The notes under the pieces: model-generated
What the model saw: the letters and a program-made list of their open reading frames with translations, nothing else
Told to the model about the DNA's origin: nothing
Databases searched by the model: none
Made by a program: the position numbers and the translations under genes
Assembly (NCBI GenBank): GCA_050946935.1
Contig: JBMNVR010000006.1
Location: 22,691 to 86,690 of the forward strand
Origin: Candidatus Howiella sp.
Lineage (GTDB): Bacteria; Bacillota; Clostridia; Oscillospirales; Acutalibacteraceae
DNA: 64,000 nt
Direction of reading: 5' to 3'
Shown: one piece after another, positions 1 to 9,832 of the stretch
Numbering within the stretch: the first letter of the stretch is position 1
Layout of the letters: every line of letters begins with the position of its first letter

Positions 1-239
1 ACCGCTTTTTCCTATGGAAAGGGTTCATATGTCTTATAACTCCTTTATATTTAAAATAGCTATCCAATCAGAGGTTAAAATAAAAATATCCATGTATCGT
101 TATCCGGTTTCCCTGTTCAAAGCCTGATAAGAGGCGTAATGGTTTCTTCCTTTTGGTTGATTCCCTTGCGAAAAATATGTCGGGAGATCCCGGCACAACC
201 GATTATGTGCCGGGATCCTCCCAGAAGAAGGGAAATGCG

Positions 240-2930
240 TCAACTGGCGGAATCTGCGTATGTACTGACTGTTTTCGCCGAACTGCACACCGTATAGGTT
301 TCGCCCTCATAGGAATAGGTCAGATAGAAAATCACCGTGCGCAGGCGGTCGGGAGCGACGTTCTTCAGCCGGAAGCCATAACGGACATAAACGTCTATAT
401 CCTCCCCGCTGTTGAAAGACACCATCCGTGCCAACGCATCCATATCTCCGGAAATCAGCTTGCTGATTTCCGCTTCCGACGTGGCGTAATACACGCCGTA
501 ATTCTTGATCTGAATCTGGCTGCTGATGTCAGCGTAGGAGGTATTTTCCCCGGCCAGAATATGAGCGTTCCAGGTAATATCATACCGGTCTTCTGTAACC
601 GAATTGGTCACCATGCCTTCAGAAATATCAAAAGACATATCTACCGTGATCTCCCGCAAAGCGGCGATGGCCGCGCGGATAGCGGCGGCAAAAGCGTCTA
701 CCTCTTCCTGTCGGCCGGCGGGAAGGTCGCGAACCACGGCGCCGACCGCGTTTTGCAGGGCAAGCGTCGTCTCCAGAGTATATATGGAGAGGTCGCTTGG
801 GATCTCAGCGATTGCAGCGTCCACATCAGTATAATCCGCCGGCTCCGGTGCGTAAAGCTGCAGCTCAGCAAACTGTGTCCGGTTGTTGGTCGCGCCATTG
901 TTCGCGGTAATCTGCAACCGGTAGAATGTATAAGCCGCCGCGCCTTCGATTTCATATTTCTTTGTGCTGGAGGTGTTGTCCTCCCGGTCGGAGAAATCCT
1001 GCTCTGTTCTCGTATCCAAAACGACCCATTCGTTTCCGTCCGTCGACCCTGCCAGAGTCCAGTCGCGCGGGTCCCGGATAAAAAAGGTCGACTGATCCTC
1101 CGCCGTACTGATCGAATAGGCGGAAAGGGTTCGTGCCTCAGTCAGGGCAAATGTAATCTCAATCGGCGCGTCAACCGACGGGGTCACCTCAAACAGGCAC
1201 TTGGTTCCAACCATACCGTCAAACAGATAGCGCGCCAGATAGGTTCCCTGCTGGGTAGCTGCGCTCTGGATCGAGTCAGGATCAATCAGCCTTCCAAGAT
1301 CGGTGGGATCGCTCTCCGGCTCGGTGAGACGACCTATCTTCATCTCGGCAATCTGGGTGCGGTTGTCCGCTCCGTTGTTGGCGGTAATATTCAGCTTGTA
1401 ATAGAGGTAGGGCGTGTCATTGGTAAAATAATAAGCCTTTTCCAAAGAGAGCTTATCACTGCGGCCGTAAAAATCCTCCTCCGTCCGGGTGTCCAGTACA
1501 ACCCAATCCTCTCCGTTCAGCGAACCCTCAAAGGTCCACGCCTTAGGATCCCGGGGGAACTGGCCGCTGCCGTCGATACCGGCGTAGAGACTGTAATAGC
1601 TGACCGCCTTGGCCTCTGACAAGCGGAAGGTGACAAAGACCGGATTATCCGTGCTTGGCGTAATGTTGAAAAGCACCTTGGTTGTGACATCATCGTCGAA
1701 CAAATTACCAATCGGCTGGGATGTGTTCTGCGGTGTAGCCGCATCAATCGAATCGCCGACGATAAAGGGCGTGTAATCCCAGTCTGCAATCTCTATGAAT
1801 TCATACCCGATCGACAATTCGGCAATATGGCTACGATTGGTTGCGCCGTTGTTTTCTGTAATGTTCAGCTTATAATATGTATAGGCCGTCTCATTGCTGA
1901 ACGTAAAGGTTTTCGCCTCATATCGGGTAGAGAAGGTCTGCCCCGCACGAGTGTCCAGCACAACCCAATCCTCTCCATTCAGCGAACCTTCGAAAGTCCA
2001 AGCCCTGGGATCCCGAGTGCTCTGATCACCGGCGGTAGTGACCGTATACCGGTTGACCACTGCCGCCTCGCTCAGGGCAAAGGAAGCCCATACCGGGCTG
2101 GCCTCCGTCGACTGGATACTCAGCAGCCACTTGGTCGCCGGCGTCCCGTCGATCAGGTGAGAAATATCGTGCGCCGCCTGCTGGGTTTCGGTCGAACCGG
2201 TCAGAGTTTCCGAATCAATCAAACCGGTCAAATCGGTATAGGTCGGCTCCGGCATTGCCACACGCTGGGTACTGACGGCTAACTCAGCCAACTGTGTACG
2301 GTTGGAAGATCCGGTATTAGACGTAATATTCAGCTTGTAGTACAAGTAAGCGACGTCGTTGTCAAACGAGTAGGTTGCATTTTGGTTTGCGCCGGCGGCC
2401 CGTCCGGTAAACTGCTGCCGGGTTCTCGTATCCAGCACGACCCAATCCTCTCCATTCAGCGACCCTTCAAAGGTCCACGCCATAGGATCCCGGTCATAGA
2501 GACTGAGATCCGTCTCGGCCGCCATGGTCAGAGTATAGGAACGGATCGCGGCCGCTTCAGACAGCCCGAACGACACCCAGACCGGACTGTCTTCCGAGGG
2601 GGCGGCATAGACCAGCCATTTGGTTGTATAATCGCCGTCAAACAGGTTTGCGACCAGGTTTTCTCCATTCCCCTCGCTGCCGTCAACCGATTCGGTCAAA
2701 ACGGTGACCGCCGCGTCATTTTCCTCACCAGAGGCAAGCACTCGCAGCGTTTCCGACGAAGACGCAGTCACTGGTTTCATCGACTGCGAAGCTTCTTTAC
2801 CGTTGTCCGCCTGCTGTGCCGCGTCAGTCGCTACTGCATAGCCCGAACTCATTCCGAAAATGCTGCAAATCAAAGCTGCGGACAGTAAAACCGAACAACA
2901 TTTTTTCCTCCATAACGCCATGATGACCAT
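240..2930 (-). CDS. Secreted multi-module glycan-binding protein: signal peptide, five tandem F5/8 type C (discoidin/CBM32-like) modules, and a conserved C-terminal module shared with three neighbouring genes
   Basis: 896-aa ORF. N-terminus MVIMALWRKKCCSVLLSAALICSIFG looks like a Sec signal peptide. Repeated ~140-aa units each contain DPRAWTFEGSLNGEDWVVLDTR and YYKLNIT motifs typical of F5/8 type C domains. The last ~130 aa (GMVTNSV..YDITWNAHIL..NYGVYYATSE..VYVRYGFRLKNV) align with the C-termini of 15673..18285, 18675..22517 and 23088..25794. Confidence 0.8.
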   Translation of the reverse strand: MVIMALWRKKCCSVLLSAALICSIFGMSSGYAVATDAAQQADNGKEASQSMKPVTASSSETLRVLASGEENDAAVTVLTESVDGSEGNGENLVANLFDGDYTTKWLVYAAPSEDSPVWVSFGLSEAAAIRSYTLTMAAETDLSLYDRDPMAWTFEGSLNGEDWVVLDTRTRQQFTGRAAGANQNATYSFDNDVAYLYYKLNITSNTGSSNRTQLAELAVSTQRVAMPEPTYTDLTGLIDSETLTGSTETQQAAHDISHLIDGTPATKWLLSIQSTEASPVWASFALSEAAVVNRYTVTTAGDQSTRDPRAWTFEGSLNGEDWVVLDTRAGQTFSTRYEAKTFTFSNETAYTYYKLNITENNGATNRSHIAELSIGYEFIEIADWDYTPFIVGDSIDAATPQNTSQPIGNLFDDDVTTKVLFNITPSTDNPVFVTFRLSEAKAVSYYSLYAGIDGSGQFPRDPKAWTFEGSLNGEDWVVLDTRTEEDFYGRSDKLSLEKAYYFTNDTPYLYYKLNITANNGADNRTQIAEMKIGRLTEPESDPTDLGRLIDPDSIQSAATQQGTYLARYLFDGMVGTKCLFEVTPSVDAPIEITFALTEARTLSAYSISTAEDQSTFFIRDPRDWTLAGSTDGNEWVVLDTRTEQDFSDREDNTSSTKKYEIEGAAAYTFYRLQITANNGATNNRTQFAELQLYAPEPADYTDVDAAIAEIPSDLSIYTLETTLALQNAVGAVVRDLPAGRQEEVDAFAAAIRAAIAALREITVDMSFDISEGMVTNSVTEDRYDITWNAHILAGENTSYADISSQIQIKNYGVYYATSEAEISKLISGDMDALARMVSFNSGEDIDVYVRYGFRLKNVAPDRLRTVIFYLTYSYEGETYTVCSSAKTVSTYADSAS

Positions 2931-3223
2931 CCTTTCCCTTGCGATTCCTCTTCTTTTTCAATCTTGCTTTGGCCGTGCGAGGATTGACGAAAGCGCCGTT
3001 CATTTTAAAGCCTTGGAATCTGATATTCATGCCAAAATATATCCAATTTAAACATCAAAATGTCCGGCTTTCCTGTTTTATTTTACACCCTTTGTCTTAA
3101 CATACCATTGCAAATAAGATCGTATTAATTGTTTTTCTGACTATTTCTAAAAATAACTTTTTGTTCAAAAAACCATGTCAACAATCCGCTGTTTCCCTTC
3201 CAATCAATATATAATGACGATAT

Positions 3224-4171
3224 ATGTTGCAAAAAGAAAACCATCATCTTATAATACAATTGTCAAAACAGATCGAACAGCATAGCGGTTTTGATTCCTG
3301 CCGCAATTTAATCGACAAAGGAAAGCCGGGTTCAGCCATGCAGATTACAATAGGACATCTCTGTACGCCTAAGATGGCGCCAGACCGTTTTGAATGGCAC
3401 ACACATGAAACCTTTGAGATTTATTATATGCTGTCGGGCGCGGGACATTTTCTGATCGGGCAGGAGGCTTATGCGATTTATCCCGGCACACTGCTGATTC
3501 TCCGACCCGACGAAATGCATAAGGCGGTGATCGAATCCGATCAGCCCTACGAGCGCATTTTCGTTCATTTTTCTCCGGACGTGTTGCGGCCGATTGATCC
3601 CGAGCTACGGCTGTTGGCCCCTTTTATCAACCGGCCGGTCGGAAAACAAAATCTCTACAACTGCAAAAACTGCGACACCACCTTTATCGAGCGGTGCCTG
3701 AATCATATCGACACCCTGGTGGACACCAACTATGATGATTCTCTCGCGCTACGATCCTGCCTGTATCCGATTCTGCTGGAAATCGGCAAGGCTTTTCGCC
3801 AGACCGGGCCGGGCACATGCAAATACCGGGAGGTCATCATCCCGCGCATCCTTGATTATATTCATCTGAATCTCGGGCAGGATCTCTCCAAACAAACCCT
3901 GTGTTCTTTGTTTTATATCAGCCCCTCCCACCTCGGCCGGGAGTTTAAAAGAGCCACCGGACAATCGGTCAGCAACTATATCCGGGAGCGGCGTTTGATT
4001 CAAGCCCGCCGGCTGATCCACTCCGGCGCCTCTGTAACAGAGGCTGCCGCGAAGGCGGGGTTCAAGGATTATTCGGCTTTTTACCGGGCCTACCGCACGC
4101 AATTTGGCACGGGTCCGCGTCAAACGGGACGACAATCTGCCGCCCCGCTTTCCCAAAAATCAGATGCGTAA
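3224..4171 (+). CDS. AraC-family transcriptional regulator (cupin-like N-terminal domain plus AraC HTH)
   Basis: C-terminal RERRLIQARRLIHSGASVTEAAAKAGFKDYSAFYRAYRTQFG is a classic AraC HTH. The N-terminal HTHETFEIYYMLSG is a cupin fold. An alternative start ATG at 3338 (MQITIGHL) is possible. Confidence 0.8.
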   Translation: MLQKENHHLIIQLSKQIEQHSGFDSCRNLIDKGKPGSAMQITIGHLCTPKMAPDRFEWHTHETFEIYYMLSGAGHFLIGQEAYAIYPGTLLILRPDEMHKAVIESDQPYERIFVHFSPDVLRPIDPELRLLAPFINRPVGKQNLYNCKNCDTTFIERCLNHIDTLVDTNYDDSLALRSCLYPILLEIGKAFRQTGPGTCKYREVIIPRILDYIHLNLGQDLSKQTLCSLFYISPSHLGREFKRATGQSVSNYIRERRLIQARRLIHSGASVTEAAAKAGFKDYSAFYRAYRTQFGTGPRQTGRQSAAPLSQKSDA

Positions 4172-4201
4172 GCCTCATTCTGCAAAGAAGGCATACCGTC
4201 G

Positions 4202-4519
4202 TCAGAAATCCGATCCGACGGTTAACAGGGCGGCGACAGCCTGTACCGCCTCTTCCCCCGGATGATTCAGGGCGTAGGTGATTTCCCGGAAATGAATTCC
4301 CTCATATTCTCCCGTTTTGGCCGCGTCAATGAGGGTGCAGATTTCCTGCTCTGCCGGTAGAGCCTCCGCATTTTGGAAGGTCACAAGAACATGATTTTCA
4401 CGCAAGGCGTCAGAAGATGGGATAAAAGTATATTCTTCATCAGCCGCTTGCACGGATAATAAAGAGAATCCCCCAATCAATAAAATAACAGATAAACACC
4501 ATGAGAGAAGCTTTCGCAT
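4202..4519 (-). CDS. Small secreted hypothetical protein (signal peptide)
   Basis: 105-aa ORF. N-terminus MRKLLSWCLSVILLIGGFSLLSVQA is a signal peptide. No recognisable domain. Confidence 0.4.
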   Translation of the reverse strand: MRKLLSWCLSVILLIGGFSLLSVQAADEEYTFIPSSDALRENHVLVTFQNAEALPAEQEICTLIDAAKTGEYEGIHFREITYALNHPGEEAVQAVAALLTVGSDF

Positions 4520-4632
4520 ACGAATTTCTCTTTTTGTTATTTTTTCAAAAATGTAAAAATGTGTATTTTATATATAAAAACAAGCAAGCCCGAGGGGAGC
4601 GCAGCGGCTTCTCTCGGGCTTGCTTTCAACCT

Positions 4633-5919
4633 TCACGGCCGGGCGATAGGAGGTGCTCCCTCTGCCGAGGCTGGGGACGGTGCGTCTTTCTCCTCCGGAG
4701 GACATCCCTCCTCCGCCATAGTGGACGGAACCACTCCCTCTGCCGAGGCGGAAGCGGCCTCTCCACGATAGCTGAGCTTGAGCAAAATCGGCGTAATAAA
4801 GGAGGAAACGATCACCAGAAGGATTACAAACGGCATGAACGCCTGATCCAAAAAGCCGAGCGAAACGCCCCGCTGCGCGGTGATGAGAATCACCTCCGCT
4901 CGGCACATCATGCCCAGGCCAACCCGGCAGGCCTCTTGTTTCGAATAACCGCAAATTCGTGCACCCACCCCCGTGCCGAGGAATTTGGACAGCAGGCCGG
5001 CCGCTACAAAGCAGATTCCAAACCAAACAAGCGCCGGACTGAAACCGGACAGCTCGGTATTGATGCCGATGGTCGCAAAAAAGACCGGCGAAAAAATCAT
5101 GTAAGAGATAATATCCATCCGGTGTTCCAAATAATTGGAGGTTTTGAGATCGGAAAAAATGATCCCGGCAAAAAAAGCGCCGGTAATGTCCGCCAAACCG
5201 AAGTATCGTTCGGCTATGTATGAGTAGCCAAGGCAAACCACCAACGCAAAAATCACCGTCCGCCGCGTACCGGAGAACCAATCCTCCAGCTTATGGTACA
5301 CCTTGCGGATGACGACGCCGCCGACCCCCGCGACAACAAAAAAAGCCAGGATGCTCAGGGTCATTTTCAGCGGATGGGCTTCCGGATTCTTCAACCCGAT
5401 AAAGACCGTCAGGATAATGATCCCGATAATATCGTCGAGCACCGCTGCCGACAAAATCGAGGTGCCCACCCGGGTGGAAAGACGACCCATCTCTTTCAGC
5501 GCAGCGACCGTGATGGTCACACTGGTCGCGGTCAGCAGCACACCGTAAAACATGTTGGAAATCATCTGCTCCCGCCCGACAGCAAAGCCGCCGTTAAACA
5601 GGCTGGCTACAACATACCCGAAAACAAAGGGTACAATTACCCCGAGGCTTGTAATCACAGCTGAAGCCTTTCCGGTTGCGCGGATCTGCTTCAAATTGGT
5701 TTCGGTTCCGGCTGTAAACATGATTAAAACAACACCGATCTCCGCAAAAACATCCAGCAGCTCGCTCCCCTGCACGAGGCCGAGTGCCGTCGGCCCCAGC
5801 AAAACGCCGGCCAACAAAGCGCCGACCACCTCCGGCACATGGATTTTGCGCATAGCAAGGCCAAAGATTTTGGTAAATACCAAAATCAGGATCAGATCGT
5901 AAAAAATTTGCAGTTTCAT
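4633..5919 (-). CDS. Cation:proton antiporter (Na+/H+ exchanger family, CPA)
   Basis: 428-aa polytopic membrane protein. The N-terminal MKLQIFYDLILILVFTKIFGLAMRKIHVPEVVGALLAGVLLGPTALG is typical of Na+/H+ exchanger family proteins. The C-terminal tail is Pro/Ala/Glu-rich and low-complexity. Confidence 0.8.
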   Translation of the reverse strand: MKLQIFYDLILILVFTKIFGLAMRKIHVPEVVGALLAGVLLGPTALGLVQGSELLDVFAEIGVVLIMFTAGTETNLKQIRATGKASAVITSLGVIVPFVFGYVVASLFNGGFAVGREQMISNMFYGVLLTATSVTITVAALKEMGRLSTRVGTSILSAAVLDDIIGIIILTVFIGLKNPEAHPLKMTLSILAFFVVAGVGGVVIRKVYHKLEDWFSGTRRTVIFALVVCLGYSYIAERYFGLADITGAFFAGIIFSDLKTSNYLEHRMDIISYMIFSPVFFATIGINTELSGFSPALVWFGICFVAAGLLSKFLGTGVGARICGYSKQEACRVGLGMMCRAEVILITAQRGVSLGFLDQAFMPFVILLVIVSSFITPILLKLSYRGEAASASAEGVVPSTMAEEGCPPEEKDAPSPASAEGAPPIARP

Positions 5920-6069
5920 ACGAGTACTCCTCCCTTTCGCCGCTACGGACGATATTTTTGCTGTTTTCCTTTATCGTCGACGCACTGAAAATAGACACCG
6001 TCCATTTTCAGAAAGCGAAAAACAGCAAGAATCCATAAAGTATACAGACCATCCGTTGCCCGGCTGTTT

Positions 6070-6504
6070 TTACAGTACCATCAACAAGGTACCCGCACTG
6101 ATCAGCACACAGCCGATCGCCGATTTCCATGTGAAATCCTCATGCAGGAAAACGAACGCCAGAACAAGCGTAATCACCACGCTCAGCTTGTCAATAGAGA
6201 CCACTCTGGACGCCGGACCCGTTTGCAAGGCCTTATAATAACACAACCATGAAGCGCCGGTGGCAAGGCCAGACAAAATCAGAAACAGCCAGCTTTTGTT
6301 ACTGATCTCACCGATGCCCTTTTGCGCGTTGGTCAGAAAAACCATCCCCCAGGACATAAGCACCACAACGCAGGTTCGGATAGCCGTCGCAAGATTTGAA
6401 TTGACCCCGTCTATACCGATCTTGGCAAGAATCGAGGTAAGGGCCGCAAAGACAGCGGAACAAACAGCGAAAAGCATCCACACAATCCAACACCACTTTA
6501 CCAT
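6070..6504 (-). CDS. Small EamA-like (DMT superfamily) 4-TM transporter
   Basis: 144 aa with four hydrophobic helices. The LAKIG..LSGLATGASWLCYYKALQ motif resembles EamA domains. Confidence 0.65.
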   Translation of the reverse strand: MVKWCWIVWMLFAVCSAVFAALTSILAKIGIDGVNSNLATAIRTCVVVLMSWGMVFLTNAQKGIGEISNKSWLFLILSGLATGASWLCYYKALQTGPASRVVSIDKLSVVITLVLAFVFLHEDFTWKSAIGCVLISAGTLLMVL

Positions 6505-6945
6505 TCATTTATCAAATTGTTCTTTCCATTTGCTTCCGTCAGCAGGCGCCGGATCGCGCGGGCCGACGAAATCTTCGTCTTTTTGCGGAAAGATGACGGC
6601 ACGCAGCCGGCATACACAGGCAAACGCCAACTTTTATCATTATACGCTTATGCACAAATACAGTCAAGAACAGCCCACCACAAACTTTTGCGTATGCGAC
6701 ACAGCCTTTTCTGTTTATTTTTGCACCGAAGCACACGCTTGCGGCGTCTTGTGTTTTTCTTTGTATTTTGTGCTGCCGCGGCATCCCCGTCCGCCGCGCA
6801 AAACGACGGCGAAAAAACAATGTTCAAAGACGGACTTTATTGCGGAGAAATCGAAAAGCAGCGTATTCTTTGCGTATTATAACAAGAAAGACGGGGGAAA
6901 CTATCAGAAAGAAGAAAGACGAGGTGAACTGCCGTGAGCGACAAT

Positions 6946-7098
6946 ATGCAAAAACGATACCTACAGGATAAACCGGAGCTTTTGCAGTATTTTGAGACTC
7001 TGCCGACTGCTCTGCAGGAGACGATTCTGATGGAGAGCCCTGATTTTTCCACCGTGGAGGAGATGCGCTGCTTTGTCGACAATATCCAGAAGCAGTAG
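6946..7098 (+). CDS. Small hypothetical protein (~50 aa)
   Basis: ATG at 6946 (MQKRYLQDKPELLQYFETLPTALQETILMESPDFSTVEEMRCFVDNIQKQ), stop at about 7098. It lies between a ~430-bp non-coding stretch and a bidirectional terminator hairpin. It is shorter than the ORF-track cutoff. Coding potential was not verified. Confidence 0.25.
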   Translation: MQKRYLQDKPELLQYFETLPTALQETILMESPDFSTVEEMRCFVDNIQKQ

Positions 7099-7170
7099 GG
7101 TGTAAACACTGCCTCTTCAAAGCTTGCGCGACTGAAAAGAGATGGGCAGCGATATAGCAAGGGAGTGGCT

Positions 7171-7210
7171 CTGCGAACATTTCGCAGAGCCACTCCCTTT
7201 TCGGTTACCC
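7171..7210. terminator. Bidirectional Rho-independent terminator between convergent genes
   Basis: Perfect hairpin GGGAGTGGCTCTGCGAA-CATT-TCGCAGAGCCACTCCC followed by TTTT, located between the small (+) ORF and the 3' end of galU (-). Confidence 0.55.
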
Positions 7211-7267
7211 CGACAGCAAGAAACGCCCGCTTTCAGGGCGGATGTTTCTTCCATCCAAGCAAAAAAT

Positions 7268-8137
7268 TTACAGCGTTTGGCCGAGCGCCTTCAGATAGCT
7301 GCGCAATTGGTCGCGAATCTCAGGATGCGAGAGACCCACCTCAATATTCGCCTGCAGAATGCCGAATTTGTTACCCATGTCGTACCGCTTTCCGGTGAAG
7401 TCCACCCCCACCATGCCGTCCCGCCGAGCCAGCGTTTTCATCGCGTCGGTGAGCTGCAGCTCGCCGCCCGCACCGGTCGGCGTCTGACGCAGAATTTCAA
7501 ATATCTCCGGCGTAAGGACGCAGCGCCCCAAAATGGAAAAGAGGGAAAGAATCTCCTCCTCCGAGGGTTTTTCCACCATGTCGGTCACGGCGTAGGTTCG
7601 CTCTTCCAAGGGGGAAACCGCCATGGAACTGTATTTTTTGATCGCCTCGCGCGAAACCTCCTTAATTCCAACCACCCCTTTGCCATAGGTCTCATACGCG
7701 CGGCAAAGCTGAGCGATCGCGGGATCCTCCCCGATAATCACGTCGTCGCCGTAGAGAACAGCAAACGGCTCGTTCCCGACAAACTGCTCGGCGCACAGCA
7801 CCGCATGGCCGAGGCCCTTTGTCTCCTTCTGGCGGAGAAAATATATGTTTGCGAGGTTGGCCGGCGCTTCAACCGCGGTCAGCAGATCGGTCTTGCCACG
7901 GGCGCGGAGCATACTTTCCAGCTCGGGCGCATGGTCAAAATGATCCTCGATAATCCCTTTGCCGCGGTTTGTGATAATCAGGATGTCGGTAATGCCGGAC
8001 GCTGCCGCCTCTTCCACGATATATTGAATAGCCGGCTTGTCCGCTATGTTCAGCATCTCCTTCGGTACCGCCTTGGAAGCCGGAAGCACCCGTGTGCCCA
8101 GGCCGGCCGCCGGAATAATCGCCTTGCGTATTTTCAT
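7268..8137 (-). CDS. galU: UTP--glucose-1-phosphate uridylyltransferase
   Basis: MKIRKAIIPAAGLGTRVLPASKAVPKEMLNIADKPAIQYIVEEA is the canonical GalU N-terminus. Start ATG at 8137 with RBS GGAAAGAGGG upstream. The upstream extension to 8254 in the ORF track is not coding. Confidence 0.9.
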   Translation of the reverse strand: MKIRKAIIPAAGLGTRVLPASKAVPKEMLNIADKPAIQYIVEEAAASGITDILIITNRGKGIIEDHFDHAPELESMLRARGKTDLLTAVEAPANLANIYFLRQKETKGLGHAVLCAEQFVGNEPFAVLYGDDVIIGEDPAIAQLCRAYETYGKGVVGIKEVSREAIKKYSSMAVSPLEERTYAVTDMVEKPSEEEILSLFSILGRCVLTPEIFEILRQTPTGAGGELQLTDAMKTLARRDGMVGVDFTGKRYDMGNKFGILQANIEVGLSHPEIRDQLRSYLKALGQTL

Positions 8138-8289
8138 AATAAAACCCTCTTTCCGCATCCGGAATGATTTTTGAAAACGCCGGTCTGATCGGGCTGGCGT
8201 TTTTATATAGGTATTTTTGTATGCGGAACACCTTACCCTCAATATACAAACCATACTGTCCTTGGTACATCGAGGGAAACATTCCGTTT

Positions 8290-9228
8290 TTATAAGAAAG
8301 AATAGACCAAAACCGGCAGCCAGTTGGAAATCAGAATCGCCGCCAACAGCAGAGCTAAGCTGACCCCTCCCGTGCGTGCCAGCAGGTCGGAGTATTCTGC
8401 CTCTCCCCGGATTTTATGAATCTGCTCAATCGCCCGGGCACGATACATCGAGTCACCAAACAAGCCGCAAACCACCCGATAGCCGAGATTGATCGCCCCA
8501 CTCAGCAGAGAGGTCACCATCGCAAAAGGAGAAATCTGTACCGCGCCCGACATCAGCATAGTATACATCTGGGTCATGGTGGCATTCTCCGGCAGGGCGG
8601 ACAAAACGGCGTTTGCAGCCGCCTGGTAAGGAAAACCGAGAACCGAGGCAATCAAAGACAGCATTAAAAACAAAATGCCCGGCCCATAGCATTTGCGGTA
8701 AAAAAGCCACCCTTCCGGCAACAGGAAAGCCGCCCAGTTCCAGGAAATCCGCTTTTTTCCGGACAGCCGGCGGAAAACCGGAATATACCGCGGCGTGTTC
8801 ACCGCCACAAACCGAGCCATATCGGTGACCGGAATATCCTCGATCTTCTCCCCCTGGCCGACGCCGCCCAGCGGGTCAATGATAAAGGGCGCGCCGCCCA
8901 GCGGACCCGGTCCGTGTGCAGAGTGCGCTCTACCATTCACCGGATTGCCGCACCGATCGCAGAACAGCGCATCCCCGGCCAGGTCGGCGCCGCAGTACGC
9001 GCATTTTTTTTCGTGAGCAGAAGACGGCTCGTCCGTTTTTTCAGAGGCCTCCGGCCGGGTGTATTGCCGATCGGTGCCGTGATCCCCCTCCAGCGCGCAG
9101 TGCCCGAGGGCGCTGTAGCAGTCCCGGTGGTGCGGCGCGCCGCAAACCGGGCAATAGACGATATCGTCGTCATCAAACAAATGCCCTTTGCATACCGGGC
9201 AATCCTGCCCCTCAACATGCAGGCTCAA
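8290..9228 (-). CDS. Membrane protein with two N-terminal zinc-ribbon (CxxC..CxxC) motifs
   Basis: CPVCKGH..CPVCGAPHH and CAYCGAD..CDRCGNP pairs, followed by several hydrophobic helices. Hypothetical function. Confidence 0.5.
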   Translation of the reverse strand: MSLHVEGQDCPVCKGHLFDDDDIVYCPVCGAPHHRDCYSALGHCALEGDHGTDRQYTRPEASEKTDEPSSAHEKKCAYCGADLAGDALFCDRCGNPVNGRAHSAHGPGPLGGAPFIIDPLGGVGQGEKIEDIPVTDMARFVAVNTPRYIPVFRRLSGKKRISWNWAAFLLPEGWLFYRKCYGPGILFLMLSLIASVLGFPYQAAANAVLSALPENATMTQMYTMLMSGAVQISPFAMVTSLLSGAINLGYRVVCGLFGDSMYRARAIEQIHKIRGEAEYSDLLARTGGVSLALLLAAILISNWLPVLVYSFL

Positions 9229-9827
9229 TCCGCCACCTCCGCCGCAGCCGACCGCACGGCCGACAGCACAATTTCAAAATAATCGTTGCCATAGTTGTGA
9301 AATTCCCCGTCGCGCACCATCTGTTCCAACGCCGCGGGGGCAATCCACCGTGCCTCAGCCACCTCCGATTTCTGGAGGATAAGCTGATCCAGCGACACGT
9401 TGGCCCGCGCCAGCCAGACGTCGACGAAAGAATTTTTGCGGGTCAGCCGCCGGATCAGCGAAATTTCCCGATCCGAGACGGGAATGCCCATCTCTTCAAA
9501 CAGCTCGCGCTTGGCCGCCTGTAAAGAGGTCTCCCCCGAAATGGCGGCACCGCCAATGGCTGCCCACTCGCCCGGCATCAGTTCCTTGTCATCCGCCCGG
9601 CGCTGGATCATCAGACGCCCGTCGGGTGTCAGCACCCAGATGTGCACAACCAGATGATATTCGCCGGGGGCAAGACGCACGTTTCCCCGGAGAACCGTTT
9701 TTCCAGTATTCTTTCCCGTTTCGTCGAGTATATCCCAGCGTTCCACCGGCCTCACATCCTTTGCAGGCAAGATTAAAACATTTCTATAAAATATATCATA
9801 CTGTATTTTACAGAAAAAGGCAACCAA
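9225..9827 (-). CDS. NUDIX hydrolase
   Basis: Nudix box GGAAISGETSLQAAKRELFEEMGI. The true start is probably internal (GTG/ATG near 9780). The stop overlaps the start of the zinc-ribbon gene (ATGA). Confidence 0.7.
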   Translation of the reverse strand: MVAFFCKIQYDIFYRNVLILPAKDVRPVERWDILDETGKNTGKTVLRGNVRLAPGEYHLVVHIWVLTPDGRLMIQRRADDKELMPGEWAAIGGAAISGETSLQAAKRELFEEMGIPVSDREISLIRRLTRKNSFVDVWLARANVSLDQLILQKSEVAEARWIAPAALEQMVRDGEFHNYGNDYFEIVLSAVRSAAAEVAD

Positions 9828-9832
9828 TCCGA

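Noticed and set aside
153-1619. 488-aa ORF on the + strand
   Set aside because: It lies entirely antisense within the 240..2930 surface-protein gene, which has a signal peptide and clear CBM32 repeats. The product is low-complexity and Arg/Gly-rich, typical of GC-rich antisense frames.
4501-5281. Overlapping ORFs 4501..5223 (+) and 4568..5281 (-)
   Set aside because: They overlap the cation:proton antiporter gene in other frames or strands. The antiporter has a coherent TM-helix pattern.
6505-6936. Several 60-225-aa ORFs (6260..6937, 6517..6882, 6539..6820, 6768..6971) in a ~430-bp gene-free stretch
   Set aside because: They are mutually overlapping with no RBS and no domain content. The region is treated as non-coding promoter/UTR. 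It may hold an unrecognised regulatory RNA, but I could not support one.
7935-8282. 115-aa - strand ORF overlapping the galU 5' end, and the galU extension to 8254
   Set aside because: The canonical GalU N-terminus MKIRKAIIPAAG with a good RBS begins at 8137. Upstream sequence is intergenic.
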